DNA of 64,000 bases from an uncultured virus (IMG/VR IMGVR_UViG_3300037634_003213) (IMGVR_UViG_3300037634_003213); one strand, 5' to 3'; positions 47,964 through 56,706 are shown, counted from the first letter of the stretch. Notes: a model not told the origin generated them from the letters alone. Translations and numbers: made by a program.

Positions 47964-48121
47964 CAACCGAGGAGCTTTTAGAATGCATTCGCGAAGCAAT
48001 GCCGCACGTGTACCGACAACAGGGACACGGCAAGCATGAACAGGACCGGGCCGACGCCGAAGCATGGTGGGAAAAATGGAAAGAGATCCGGCACCTTGCA
48101 ACAACCCATGACATATCGTGA
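47960..48121 (+). CDS. Hypothetical 53-aa protein (MTTEELLE...)
   Basis: ATGA overlap with the upstream stop. Confidence 0.55.
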   Translation: MTTEELLECIREAMPHVYRQQGHGKHEQDRADAEAWWEKWKEIRHLATTHDIS

Positions 48122-48166
48122 CAACAACCAAAGTGTAGCCATGCTACATACACAACGAGGCAACCA

Positions 48167-48352
48167 ATGACAACCTACACACAAGACAACAGGCAGTACC
48201 AAGTACACGACTGCAAGACATGCGAAGGCTCCGGGCTCGCACCGTGGCACCTCGGATGCGGCGACAGTGGTCCCGACGATTGCAGGAAGTGCGACGGCAT
48301 CGGCCAGTACGCCACTGAAATAACACCAACAAAGGAGGCAACCAATGGATGA
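48167..48352 (+). CDS. Small zinc-finger protein (CxxCxGxG repeats)
   Basis: CKTCEGSG...CRKCDGIG; GAGGCAACCA-ATG. Confidence 0.7.
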   Translation: MTTYTQDNRQYQVHDCKTCEGSGLAPWHLGCGDSGPDDCRKCDGIGQYATEITPTKEATNG

Positions 48353-48560
48353 CTACACAGCAGCACGATTCGCTGATGCTTACGAGCGACCCTACCCCGA
48401 GGACCACCCACGGTGTGAGTACTGCGGCGAGCACTTGACTGATGACGAGCAAGACCACGAAGGACCGAACGAACTGTGCAGCGAACACCGCACGGATGAC
48501 CAACAGACAGAACAACAACAACAACAACAACCAACCCTAACGGAGGCAACCAATGGGTGA
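48345..48560 (+). CDS. Small CxxC protein
   Basis: CEYCG...CSEH; GGAGGCAACCA-ATG. Confidence 0.65.
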   Translation: MDDYTAARFADAYERPYPEDHPRCEYCGEHLTDDEQDHEGPNELCSEHRTDDQQTEQQQQQQPTLTEATNG

Positions 48561-49578
48561 ATCAACAACAAAGAAATGGGACCCCTACACACACATCACC
48601 GACCTTGTGATCGAAGGACTTGAGAAGGGCGTCGGCCCTTGGTCTAAGCCATGGCGACTGAAGCCGGGGATGTCCGATGGACTCAACGGTCTACTACCAT
48701 TCAACCCCTGCACCAAGTCAGGTGGTCGAGTGTACAACGGCAACAACTCCTGGCTGCTGGCCATCCGTGGCCTGCGCTTTGGATGGACCGACCCTCGGTT
48801 CTGCACCTTCAAGCAGGCAAAGGCGCGAGGCTGGCAGGTCAAGGACGGACAGAGCGGTGCCAAGGATGGGCCGGGTCCATCGCATGTGTACTTCTTCATC
48901 GTGAAGAGCTACCCGAAGCTGAGTACGCTGACCGGCGAGCCCTTGGTTGACAGCAACGGCAAGCCAATCATGTGGACATCATTCAAGCCGAAGGTGTACC
49001 GAGTGTGGAACTTCGAGCAACTCGATGGACCCGAGGCATGGGTGACCGAAGAGGAGGAGGCCGCCGAGGTGACCGAGGAGGAGACCACTGCACTCAAGCA
49101 TGACCTTGCATGGGAAGTCATCGAGGCATGGCGACAGGTGGTGCCTACCAAGTTTGGTGGAGGGCGAGCATTCTATATGCCTTCCGCTGACCGCATCCAA
49201 CTGCCAGAGTACGAGGCGTTCGACTCCGAGGAGGACGCGCTGTCCACCGAGTTCCATGAGGACATCCACTCCACGGGGCATGAGTCCCGAGAGGAGCGAG
49301 ACTTCTCAGGACGATTCGGCAACGAGGCATACGCCTTTGAGGAGTTGGTAGCAGAGCTTGGGTCTGCAAACCTCATGGCTGCGACCGGCGTAGTCGGTCC
49401 CGGCATTGTCCGAGAGGACCACGTCAAGTACCTACAAAGCTGGATCAAGGTGCTCAAGAAAGACAACAGGGCGCTGTTCACGGCGAGCAAGCTGGCACGC
49501 CAAGCAACCGAACGCATCCTAAAGAACCATGAACAATCCGTGTCGGCGGTCAGGGAGACAACGGAGAAGGCTGCGTAA
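48553..49578 (+). CDS. ardC: ArdC-like antirestriction protein (ssDNA-binding N-domain plus zincin-like domain)
   Basis: PWSKPW, YNGNN, TFKQA...GW.V, AFYMPSADRI.LP, HEDIHSTGH, YAFEELVAELGS, YLQSWIKVLK. Confidence 0.9.
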   Translation: MGESTTKKWDPYTHITDLVIEGLEKGVGPWSKPWRLKPGMSDGLNGLLPFNPCTKSGGRVYNGNNSWLLAIRGLRFGWTDPRFCTFKQAKARGWQVKDGQSGAKDGPGPSHVYFFIVKSYPKLSTLTGEPLVDSNGKPIMWTSFKPKVYRVWNFEQLDGPEAWVTEEEEAAEVTEEETTALKHDLAWEVIEAWRQVVPTKFGGGRAFYMPSADRIQLPEYEAFDSEEDALSTEFHEDIHSTGHESREERDFSGRFGNEAYAFEELVAELGSANLMAATGVVGPGIVREDHVKYLQSWIKVLKKDNRALFTASKLARQATERILKNHEQSVSAVRETTEKAA

Positions 49579-49589
49579 GCAGCCGCAAC

Positions 49590-49624
49590 GGGGTGAGGGT
49601 AGGGACATACCCTGCTCTCATCCC
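49590..49624 (+). other. 15-bp intergenic RNA stem (processing, stability or termination site)
   Basis: GGGGTGAGGGTAGGG-ACATA-CCCTGCTCTCATCCC with 3 G-U pairs. Confidence 0.6.
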
Positions 49625-49677
49625 AACCCTACCTTAGAACACAACACACGCCCAGCAATGGGCACTGGAGGCAACTA

Positions 49678-50040
49678 ATGACAAACTATACACTATACAT
49701 TGCAGAGATTGACAACCTACCGGAGGACGCCACAATCGACGAACTGGCGTTTCTTTACTACAAACCCCACCAAGATACACCGGGCCCAGTTCACATGTTC
49801 CGAGTCAAGGCGACAGGCATGGAGGAAGCAACGGAGCGCTTGCGTGGTCAAGCATTCAACAAAGGCTGGTCTATTCACAACACCCTTTCAATCGTGGTTG
49901 ACGGGGCAGGCATGAGATACCGCGACTGGATTGAGATGAACTTTGACGCGGCGAACAACGAGTTGTTCAAAGCCAAGGAAGAAGCAGCCAAGTGGGCGAC
50001 TGCTTTGCATAAACTAAACCAAACAGGAGGCAACCAATGA
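49678..50040 (+). CDS. Hypothetical protein
   Basis: GGAGGCAACTA-ATG. Confidence 0.7.
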   Translation: MTNYTLYIAEIDNLPEDATIDELAFLYYKPHQDTPGPVHMFRVKATGMEEATERLRGQAFNKGWSIHNTLSIVVDGAGMRYRDWIEMNFDAANNELFKAKEEAAKWATALHKLNQTGGNQ

Positions 50041-50270
50041 GATACGAAATGTTCTACACCGTCACGATCCAGAGAGGCGGCTGCGTAGAGGTAGAGGCAG
50101 ACAATGCCGAGGAGGCTAAGGCAATCGCCATGGCCTTCCTCACAGAATCAGATGAGTCCAACGTCACCCGCTCTTGGCCTGACTGCGTGGACATGGACGA
50201 TCCCAAGTACGTTCTCGATGAACCCACAACGAAGAGAGTGATGGATGGAATGCTCGAAGGATGCCTGTGA
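50037..50270 (+). CDS. Hypothetical protein (VEVEADNAEEA motif)
   Basis: GGAGGCAACCA-ATG. Confidence 0.7.
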   Translation: MRYEMFYTVTIQRGGCVEVEADNAEEAKAIAMAFLTESDESNVTRSWPDCVDMDDPKYVLDEPTTKRVMDGMLEGCL

Positions 50271-50371
50271 TGAGGCTGGCACTTGAACTGACTGGCCTTT
50301 GCATCTTTCTGTGGGCGGTCATGGAGGCTCGTGGATTCATCAAATCAATCGAGAAGCAAGAGCGTGAGTAA
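50270..50371 (+). CDS. 33-aa putative membrane peptide (MRLALELTGLCIFLWAVM...)
   Basis: TGATG coupling; hydrophobic N-terminus, charged C-terminus. Confidence 0.5.
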   Translation: MRLALELTGLCIFLWAVMEARGFIKSIEKQERE

Positions 50372-50423
50372 GCCATCAGCACTGGAGCTAATCGTTGCAC
50401 GGACCCTTGAGCATTGGTTGAGG

Positions 50424-50724
50424 AAACCAAGAATGTCCCAACCTAAAACCAAGAACGTCCCAAAAGATAAGCGTAAACCATTGAAATGATTAGCGTCTGG
50501 TTTTGCAAATGTCCCAAGCCATTGTGTGAAATGTCCCAAGTGTCCCAAGGTTGAAGGCCTAAGCATCTGGAATCACTGTGTTCCATTCGGGCAAATGTCC
50601 CAGCCTGACATTCAAAGTTCCCTTCTCCCCCAGACCCCCTCTACCCTCAAATGTTTATAATTGGTATAGATATACACTAGTAGGTATATGAATCTAATAA
50701 AAGATAATTGGATCTAATAAGATC
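50424..50724. other. Origin-like locus: six GTCCCA(A/G) iterons, IHF-like sites and an AT-rich tract
   Basis: Iterons at 50435, 50457, 50511, 50533, 50542 and 50597; AT-rich 50648-50724. Confidence 0.6.
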
Positions 50725-50757
50725 TCAGCGGCCTGTCAAACCCCAATCAACACAAGG

Positions 50758-50821
50758 GACTGAGAGCCTGCCGAAAATAAAATAAACTTTTCCTGTCCGC
50801 CTAAGACATTTGACCGCGTCT
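50758..50821 (+). promoter_or_regulatory. Duplicated promoter-like element, copy 2
   Basis: GACTGAGAGCCTG-N23-TGTCC-N18-CGTCT. Confidence 0.6.
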
Positions 50822-50878
50822 TCTAAGACAGGAAGGGAAAACCCCGACCGACAACCAACCCCAACAAGGCAACCAATC

Positions 50879-51232
50879 ATGATCGAATGCATCAATCTTT
50901 ACCCACTATCTGAAGACCAAGACCCTGGCGGAGAGTACCAAGTTCACCCGCTTGTGCGGCTTGAGTATTGGATCAAAGGCAAACTACAAGACAAGCTGGA
51001 CCCCAACGACCTCATGAAAACCATGGCCGGAGTACCAGCCACCGCCGAAGAGATCGCCCTGTTGCGCGAGGCATACACGGCTTGCCTAAAGGGCGACCTC
51101 GAACGTGCCATCTTTCTGGCACGTGAGTACGAGCAGCTTGATCCCTATGGATTCTATGACGGAAGCTTCTGGGATGTGAAGTTCCCTGACATCGTCTTTG
51201 TTCAACCAATCCCCAACCAACTCAACAACTAA
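50879..51232 (+). CDS. Hypothetical protein (start revised, MIECIN...)
   Basis: AAGGCAACCAATC-ATG. Confidence 0.65.
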   Translation: MIECINLYPLSEDQDPGGEYQVHPLVRLEYWIKGKLQDKLDPNDLMKTMAGVPATAEEIALLREAYTACLKGDLERAIFLAREYEQLDPYGFYDGSFWDVKFPDIVFVQPIPNQLNN

Positions 51233-51245
51233 GAGAGGAAACCCC

Positions 51246-51767
51246 ATGAGAACATTCAACAACCGACAGATGAGCGCAGCCTTCAAGAAGCTGGGCTTCC
51301 GTAAATCCGAATATCAACTGACCCGAATGGGCATAAGCTACAAGCACCCATGGTCCAAGGCCCTGTTCACATTCGCTAAGGCCGAGAACGGCGGTATCAC
51401 TTGCTCCGCTCCCGGCGAGGATAAGCTGTGGAGCTTCCCCCTCGGACTAACTCAAGAGAAGTTCGAGGCGTTCGAACAGGCTGGCGTTCGATTCCCTTGG
51501 GTAGAGGACAGCAATGCTGACCAGATAGGAGTGCGCGAAGTCCTGCTATGCATAGCCCGAGGCTTTGGCGAGATGCTCGAAGAGGAAGTGGAGTGCGACG
51601 AGTGTGGCGAGGTGGAGTACCGGGCCCACATGGTCCAAGGACCCAACGGGCTTTTGATACATGAAGACTGTGTAGAAGAAGTAGCAGACTGGAATGAACA
51701 CCCAGATGCATTTACCAAACGCATGCTTGAACGGCGTGCCCAACAACAACAGGAGAGTGAAGTATGA
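51246..51767 (+). CDS. Hypothetical protein with C-terminal CxxC/HxxC (start revised, MRTFNN...)
   Basis: GAGGAAACCCC-ATG. Confidence 0.7.
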   Translation: MRTFNNRQMSAAFKKLGFRKSEYQLTRMGISYKHPWSKALFTFAKAENGGITCSAPGEDKLWSFPLGLTQEKFEAFEQAGVRFPWVEDSNADQIGVREVLLCIARGFGEMLEEEVECDECGEVEYRAHMVQGPNGLLIHEDCVEEVADWNEHPDAFTKRMLERRAQQQQESEV

Positions 51768-52018
51768 GCGACAAAGAACGGCAAGGAACAATCTTAGAAA
51801 CCGTGACGACGGAAGGAGGCACCGTCTACGAACTGCGACAGGATGGACACTACTGCAAACTCTACACTGTAGGAGAGCACGGCTACTTCTGTGGCTACGT
51901 CAGTAACCCTGAGTACATGCAAGACGCCATCGACAACCACGAGGAAGAGATGAGAATCATGCTCGCTGAAGCTCAAGAAGAGTTTGAAGGTAGTTTACTA
52001 CTTGACGGTAGAATCTAA
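51764..52018 (+). CDS. Hypothetical protein
   Basis: AGGAG SD, ATGA overlap. Confidence 0.65.
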   Translation: MSDKERQGTILETVTTEGGTVYELRQDGHYCKLYTVGEHGYFCGYVSNPEYMQDAIDNHEEEMRIMLAEAQEEFEGSLLLDGRI

Positions 52019-52020
52019 CC

Positions 52021-52062
52021 AACAACCAACAACCAACAATCAACAACCAACAATCAACAACC
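52021..52062 (+). repeat. Heptamer tandem repeat AACAA(C/T)C x6 in a 5' leader
   Basis: Direct reading; ends 4 nt before GAGGCAACCAATG. Confidence 0.9.
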
Positions 52063-52076
52063 AAGAGAGGCAACCA

Positions 52077-52619
52077 ATGTTCAATCACAACACACAAATC
52101 AACCGAGCCGGGGCAGCAATGACCCGAGCATTCCAACAAGCAGCCGAGGCGCTCATCGAACAGCGAGACAGCAGCGACTGCTGGGACCTAAAGCAACTCG
52201 GGGTCAAGCGAAAGACCTTCAAGGGTGTGAAGCTTCATCGAGTCCTTCTATGCAAGGGCTTCAACCAACCCCGCATCGCCGTAAGCAATGGCAGTATTGC
52301 ATTCGACTTGGTAGGCAGCGAGCAGCATGACGCTTGGCTCGACACCAACCACGATGTCAATGCTTGCACCGGGCCAAGCTGGGAGAAGCAAGAGGTAGGC
52401 ATCAACCCTGAAGTCTTCGACCAAAGCGGCTGGCTTGTCCAGAAGCTGCACCACGAGAAGGCAGGGGTGAATGCCGTGCTGCTCAACGCTGCACTCAAGT
52501 GGGTAGGCGACGGACCTGTCTCAATCACTCAGAAGCCAACCGAGCCACTCGGACCCATCCTTGTGCAGAACACGGAGAAGCTTGTGTCGGTGGTAGTGAT
52601 GCCAGTCCGACTCACCTAA
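52077..52619 (+). CDS. Truncated DNA polymerase III beta-clamp-like protein (180 aa)
   Basis: IAVSNG (cf. VATDG), GVNAVLLNAAL (cf. GFN..YL.D.L), C-terminal VVMPVRL (cf. YVVMPMRL). Confidence 0.55.
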   Translation: MFNHNTQINRAGAAMTRAFQQAAEALIEQRDSSDCWDLKQLGVKRKTFKGVKLHRVLLCKGFNQPRIAVSNGSIAFDLVGSEQHDAWLDTNHDVNACTGPSWEKQEVGINPEVFDQSGWLVQKLHHEKAGVNAVLLNAALKWVGDGPVSITQKPTEPLGPILVQNTEKLVSVVVMPVRLT

Positions 52620-52689
52620 ACACTAACGACCTGGACACGTCATCAAACTGTCCACCCACCAACCAACTGACAACCTATGGAGGCAACCT

Positions 52690-53277
52690 ATGGAATCTAT
52701 CCTTTACACACAACTAAACCCTGACGACTGCAACATCCAAGACGTGGAGTTTGAGCGAGGTATCAACCGCTTCATGGAGCGGTACATGACCAGCTTTCCT
52801 CTCTCGCTGCTTGAGAAGGACTACGATCGCTGGGAGCTTCAACCTCTTGGTACATGCGAGGTCGAATCTGAGTTTCCAGCAGACTCTGACGACTGTCACG
52901 AAGTGTTCTTCGTCATCGACATCTACGGCGAGCGGCATGAGTTCGCGGACGAGTGTGATGCTGAGTACTTTGCTCAGGAGCAGAACGAGGAGGAAGAGCA
53001 GAACCGACTTGGCTTCCCTTGGGCGCACAACTGCTGCTTCATGCCAGAAGACAACATCAGGGACGAGGAACTGCGTGCCGCTGGATTCACTATCGCGCTC
53101 TATACAGACAGCGACGGTGATCAAGTGCGCCTCTGTGGGATTGATAGCTGCGGCTACTCTTTCATGGGCGCTCACTTCTCCAAGCTGTGTGCAATCGTTT
53201 ACCACCGCTGGGGCAGGGCAGTGCAGACTGTCGATGGTCTCCGGCTCATCGAGTTCCCTAAGACAGGAGGTGAGTGA
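52690..53277 (+). CDS. Hypothetical acidic protein
   Basis: GGAGGCAACCT-ATG; GIDSCGYSF. Confidence 0.7.
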   Translation: MESILYTQLNPDDCNIQDVEFERGINRFMERYMTSFPLSLLEKDYDRWELQPLGTCEVESEFPADSDDCHEVFFVIDIYGERHEFADECDAEYFAQEQNEEEEQNRLGFPWAHNCCFMPEDNIRDEELRAAGFTIALYTDSDGDQVRLCGIDSCGYSFMGAHFSKLCAIVYHRWGRAVQTVDGLRLIEFPKTGGE

Positions 53278-53432
53278 TGAGACTGAATCTTTGGGGCCGC
53301 TGCAACGGCGGCGAATGGGAACACATCGACAGCGCGGAGAGCACGGACGACAAGTCCTATCTCCTCGCTGAATACCGGATGGCCTTCGGGCCGGGCTGGC
53401 AGTTCCAGTGGCGACGTAAGGGAGGTGAGTGA
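53277..53432 (+). CDS. Hypothetical 51-aa protein (MRLNLWGR...EYRMAFG)
   Basis: Flanked on both sides by GGAGGTGAGTGATG; below the track cutoff. Confidence 0.7.
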   Translation: MRLNLWGRCNGGEWEHIDSAESTDDKSYLLAEYRMAFGPGWQFQWRRKGGE

Positions 53433-53632
53433 TGGGTTTTCTCGACAGGGAGTTCAACCCCACCTACAAGACGCGGTGGCTGCCATCCAAGAAAGTGCTG
53501 AAGCCAGGACAGAAAACCTATCGAGTGAAGGAGAGAGAGGATCACCACGAGCAGACTTGCGACCAAATGGACAGGCTTAGTGAGCTATTACAAGAGCCAC
53601 CCTCATTGAGTGATGGGGGGTTCAAACCATGA
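53432..53632 (+). CDS. Hypothetical protein
   Basis: GGAGGTGAGTG-ATG. Confidence 0.6.
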   Translation: MGFLDREFNPTYKTRWLPSKKVLKPGQKTYRVKEREDHHEQTCDQMDRLSELLQEPPSLSDGGFKP

Positions 53633-54093
53633 CAAAGGTGTACCTTGTACGATTCAACGTAGGAGTGGAGACCTATGCAAAGGTCTGTCACTGGCTGCCT
53701 GGAGGTGGATATGCCAGGACGATTGGCGACATGCTTCTGAAGTTCATGGTCGATCTCTACCAGGGAGAAACAAAGCCCCGCTTTACCAGCCCAACCATCT
53801 TGGCAACAAGGTGGGTGGTGTGGTCATGCCAACAGCAGAACAAGAGGCATCCACTAAGGGTAGAGAACATCGGTGTAGTCTCAAACGAACGCTATGTTTT
53901 TGCGGACTATGTGTTCGACATCAACTGCGATCAACTGGGGCCACTAACCAACCTGCCAGACATCAGATGCACCCGCGTCAATCACAACGGAGGAGAGAAC
54001 AAACCAGTAAAACTTCAACCATTTAGCATGTACCGACAACTCATGCTGGAGGAGAAAACAGAACCAATGATCATTGAAGACAGCATGCTGTGA
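53629..54093 (+). CDS. Hypothetical protein
   Basis: ATGA overlap; 154 aa. Confidence 0.6.
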   Translation: MTKVYLVRFNVGVETYAKVCHWLPGGGYARTIGDMLLKFMVDLYQGETKPRFTSPTILATRWVVWSCQQQNKRHPLRVENIGVVSNERYVFADYVFDINCDQLGPLTNLPDIRCTRVNHNGGENKPVKLQPFSMYRQLMLEEKTEPMIIEDSML

Positions 54094-54153
54094 CATTTAG
54101 TGACAACCAAACATAAACAACGTGGTTACTATGTAGCCACGGAGGCAACAACT

Positions 54154-54699
54154 ATGGGACATTCAATCCCCGACCAAGACATGACCGATGCGCTCATCGT
54201 AGCACTCGGTAAACTTATCAACAACAAGACGTTCAAGACCGCTCGTCAAAAGCTGGAGCCTGGTTCATACGATGTGCCAGTGTTGGTCCACGGAACCTTA
54301 CAGGTTGACGTGGCAGAGGACTACAGCCGCAAGGGAACAAGCCGTATCCCTTACACCGTCGTCATTGCATTGCTTCTCAAGCATGCTGGCTACACCAAGA
54401 AGTCCTCAGTGCGGACGCTGACAAAGGTGTTTCGTGAAGCTCACGAGATGGACAAGGACGCAGCCAAGCTTCTCATGCAGGAGTACGGACTCACTGAAGC
54501 CTTGACTACAGTGCAGAAGATTGTGGCTGACTCGCTTCCACCTATCCACGCCAAGGGTGTGGTCAAGGTTCAGAGCGAGGGCTTGGTAATCGAGCAGCGT
54601 GAGTTGACTCGCTCCGAGGCTGAAGCCCTGTTCCCTGCCGCAGCGGTGGCAGAGGATCGCAAGCTCAAGCCACGCAAAGAAGAAGAAGGAGGTGAGTGA
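54154..54699 (+). CDS. Hypothetical protein (start revised, MGHSIP...)
   Basis: GGAGGCAACAACT-ATG. Confidence 0.7.
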   Translation: MGHSIPDQDMTDALIVALGKLINNKTFKTARQKLEPGSYDVPVLVHGTLQVDVAEDYSRKGTSRIPYTVVIALLLKHAGYTKKSSVRTLTKVFREAHEMDKDAAKLLMQEYGLTEALTTVQKIVADSLPPIHAKGVVKVQSEGLVIEQRELTRSEAEALFPAAAVAEDRKLKPRKEEEGGE

Positions 54700-55124
54700 T
54701 GAGTGAGTCTTATGAAATACCAATCCGAATCAGTTTACTCCTTGAGGTAACAGTCGAAGCTGACAGCCTTGAGGAAGCCCAACAAAAGGCCCTAACCTTT
54801 GAGATAGATGACCAACTGGTGGGGGTAAACGATGGGGCCGATGGCCAGTGGTGCGAGTTTGACCAAACAACGGAGGTGCGAGCGGGAAGAGTGAGCTTCG
54901 GAGCATACCTAAAGGATCAGCGGGGCAGGCTGGGGCTAACGCAAGGCGAGCTTGTGGAGCGCACAGCCGGAACGGTCTCGCAGTCGAGCTTAAGCCACTA
55001 TGAAGCGGGGAGAAAAAGACCGGCTCACGCGGGGCTTGTCGCCCTCCTGGGGGCGCTCGGGGTCAACGGGATCGATCGGGCGGTGGCTTTAACTGTTTGG
55101 GCTTCGCCCTTGGGAGGTGAGTGA
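54699..55124 (+). CDS. XRE-family HTH protein with an extra N-terminal domain
   Basis: FGAYLKDQR..LGLTQGEL......SQSSLSHYEAGRKRP. Confidence 0.8.
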   Translation: MSESYEIPIRISLLLEVTVEADSLEEAQQKALTFEIDDQLVGVNDGADGQWCEFDQTTEVRAGRVSFGAYLKDQRGRLGLTQGELVERTAGTVSQSSLSHYEAGRKRPAHAGLVALLGALGVNGIDRAVALTVWASPLGGE

Positions 55125-55315
55125 TGACTGCCAAGCAAGCAATTGACCGGCTCAAGGCTGCCGGTATTGACGTTAGAACTGCTCCCGCCACGGAGGTGGT
55201 TGAAAAACTGACCGAGCTTGCTACCGAGCTTCGGTGGTCTAACCCGGCCGAAAGGGCCAACAACATGCTGGCGCACCTTCAAGGGTTGACCGCCATCTTA
55301 GAAGGAGGTGAGTGA
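55124..55315 (+). CDS. Hypothetical protein
   Basis: Junction motif on both sides. Confidence 0.65.
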   Translation: MTAKQAIDRLKAAGIDVRTAPATEVVEKLTELATELRWSNPAERANNMLAHLQGLTAILEGGE

Positions 55316-55515
55316 TGGAATATGAATACAAACCTGGAGAGTTCTTTAGATTCGAAAGCGAACAAGAGAAGAAAGAGTTTCAGGAGGAGGCCGACGACCG
55401 AGCCGTCCCCCTTGCTCAAGTCATTCAAGAGAACATCGACGAACAAAACCATGTCGGCGGTGCCGAGGATGGACAATGGATGCGGGACAACGATCCCGAC
55501 TGGAGGTACGGATGA
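55315..55515 (+). CDS. Hypothetical acidic protein
   Basis: Junction motif at the start. Confidence 0.65.
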   Translation: MEYEYKPGEFFRFESEQEKKEFQEEADDRAVPLAQVIQENIDEQNHVGGAEDGQWMRDNDPDWRYG

Positions 55516-55763
55516 GCGCCAAAGGATGTAAAGGCAGAGGCGGTAACGCTAATGGCAAGAAGAACGAGGGCCGCCGTCACGGTGGCGGTGGAAGTGGTAA
55601 AGGCAAGCGCCGTCGCGCTTCTGCCTCGCGCGTAGAGAAGGCTCACGAAACCGTTGAGCGTCGAGCGGGAAAGAAAGAAGCCACGGAGTATGACCCCGAC
55701 TCCATCATGGGAATCATGGAAAACATAAAGAGTCTGGCCGACGAGATCAAAGGAGGTGAGTGA
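55512..55763 (+). CDS. Gly/Lys/Arg-rich protein (start revised, MSAKGCKG...)
   Basis: GGAGGT SD, ATGA overlap. Confidence 0.65.
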   Translation: MSAKGCKGRGGNANGKKNEGRRHGGGGSGKGKRRRASASRVEKAHETVERRAGKKEATEYDPDSIMGIMENIKSLADEIKGGE

Positions 55764-56071
55764 TGAAGAGAAGCAAGTGGATTGAGACCGAGGTCGAGGA
55801 GGGGGGCAAGGTGTTCTTGCTCCCCGTTCGATGTCGTCTTGAAGTCAAGGACAATTACGTCCGAACAACAGTGCAAAGCAGGGATGCAAATACCGGCAAG
55901 TGGAATACCAAGATGCATTCAGAACCTATGCACATACCAAATACAAATACAATATCAATGGATGCATTGAACGAAATGGCTCAGAAGTTTGCTGACAAAC
56001 TCATCGAGTCTACTGAAACTTCATTGCACCCTGACTGGGAGGTGAGTGATGGGCGAGCAATTCAATCTTGA
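55763..56071 (+). CDS. Hypothetical protein
   Basis: Junction motif at the start. Confidence 0.65.
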   Translation: MKRSKWIETEVEEGGKVFLLPVRCRLEVKDNYVRTTVQSRDANTGKWNTKMHSEPMHIPNTNTISMDALNEMAQKFADKLIESTETSLHPDWEVSDGRAIQS

Positions 56072-56321
56072 AGAGATCAACAGCATCGGACTAAACAATC
56101 ATCAGTGGATGATGGTCATCCAAGGACTGCAACGGAACCTTTTGTATTCGAGGAACTCAATCGCGAAACACCGCGAGCTATACTCGGTTGACGCAGATCC
56201 AAAAAACACACGAGCAATAGCCGCCTACAGGGAGGACATCGAGAAGCATCAGGATATGCTGAAGTTCATTAGACAAAAGATTTTTACTAATGACGAGCGG
56301 AAAAATGTTCCCGACTTTTGA
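56049..56321 (+). CDS. Hypothetical protein
   Basis: Junction motif at 56038. Confidence 0.65.
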   Translation: MGEQFNLEEINSIGLNNHQWMMVIQGLQRNLLYSRNSIAKHRELYSVDADPKNTRAIAAYREDIEKHQDMLKFIRQKIFTNDERKNVPDF

Positions 56322-56706
56322 ACGACAACCTATAGATGTTAGCGCGGTATCTGCTGCACACAAAGAGGCGACCAAGGCGCTTAGGAAGGCAAGGGCTTCC
56401 GGCTCTACAGGACTTGAGGCCGCTGTCATTGCTCAACGAGAGAAGAACAACACCTACAAAAAACTAACGGGGACTGACCTCCCCGGTTTCAAAACGGAGG
56501 CAACTATGGAACCACTATCTAACTACGACGCTGTCGGTCTGGCCGAGGGCTTTGTCGAGGGAACTGATGACCAACGCATCCAAGCGTGGCAGCAACTCAT
56601 TGACACTGGCCTGGTCTGGCAGCTTCAGGGCGGCTTCGGGCGGACAGCAATGAGTCTGATTGAATCAGGCATCTGCTCACCACCCAAACCAATCCCCGCA
56701 CCTTAG
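56305..56706 (+). CDS. Hypothetical two-part protein with an in-frame internal start at 56506
   Basis: GGAGGCAACT-ATG inside the ORF; C-terminal part AWQQLIDTGLVWQLQG.FGR.A..LIE. Confidence 0.6.
   Translation: MFPTFERQPIDVSAVSAAHKEATKALRKARASGSTGLEAAVIAQREKNNTYKKLTGTDLPGFKTEATMEPLSNYDAVGLAEGFVEGTDDQRIQAWQQLIDTGLVWQLQGGFGRTAMSLIESGICSPPKPIPAP

Noticed and set aside
53266..56051. Repeats with unique spacers as a CRISPR array or integron
   Set aside because: Repeats are 14 nt and non-palindromic, spacers are whole genes of variable length, and no cas or integrase gene was recognised
44712..56429. Minus-strand ORFs across the early region (e.g. 52714-53463)
   Set aside because: Shadows of plus-strand genes that have clear start motifs
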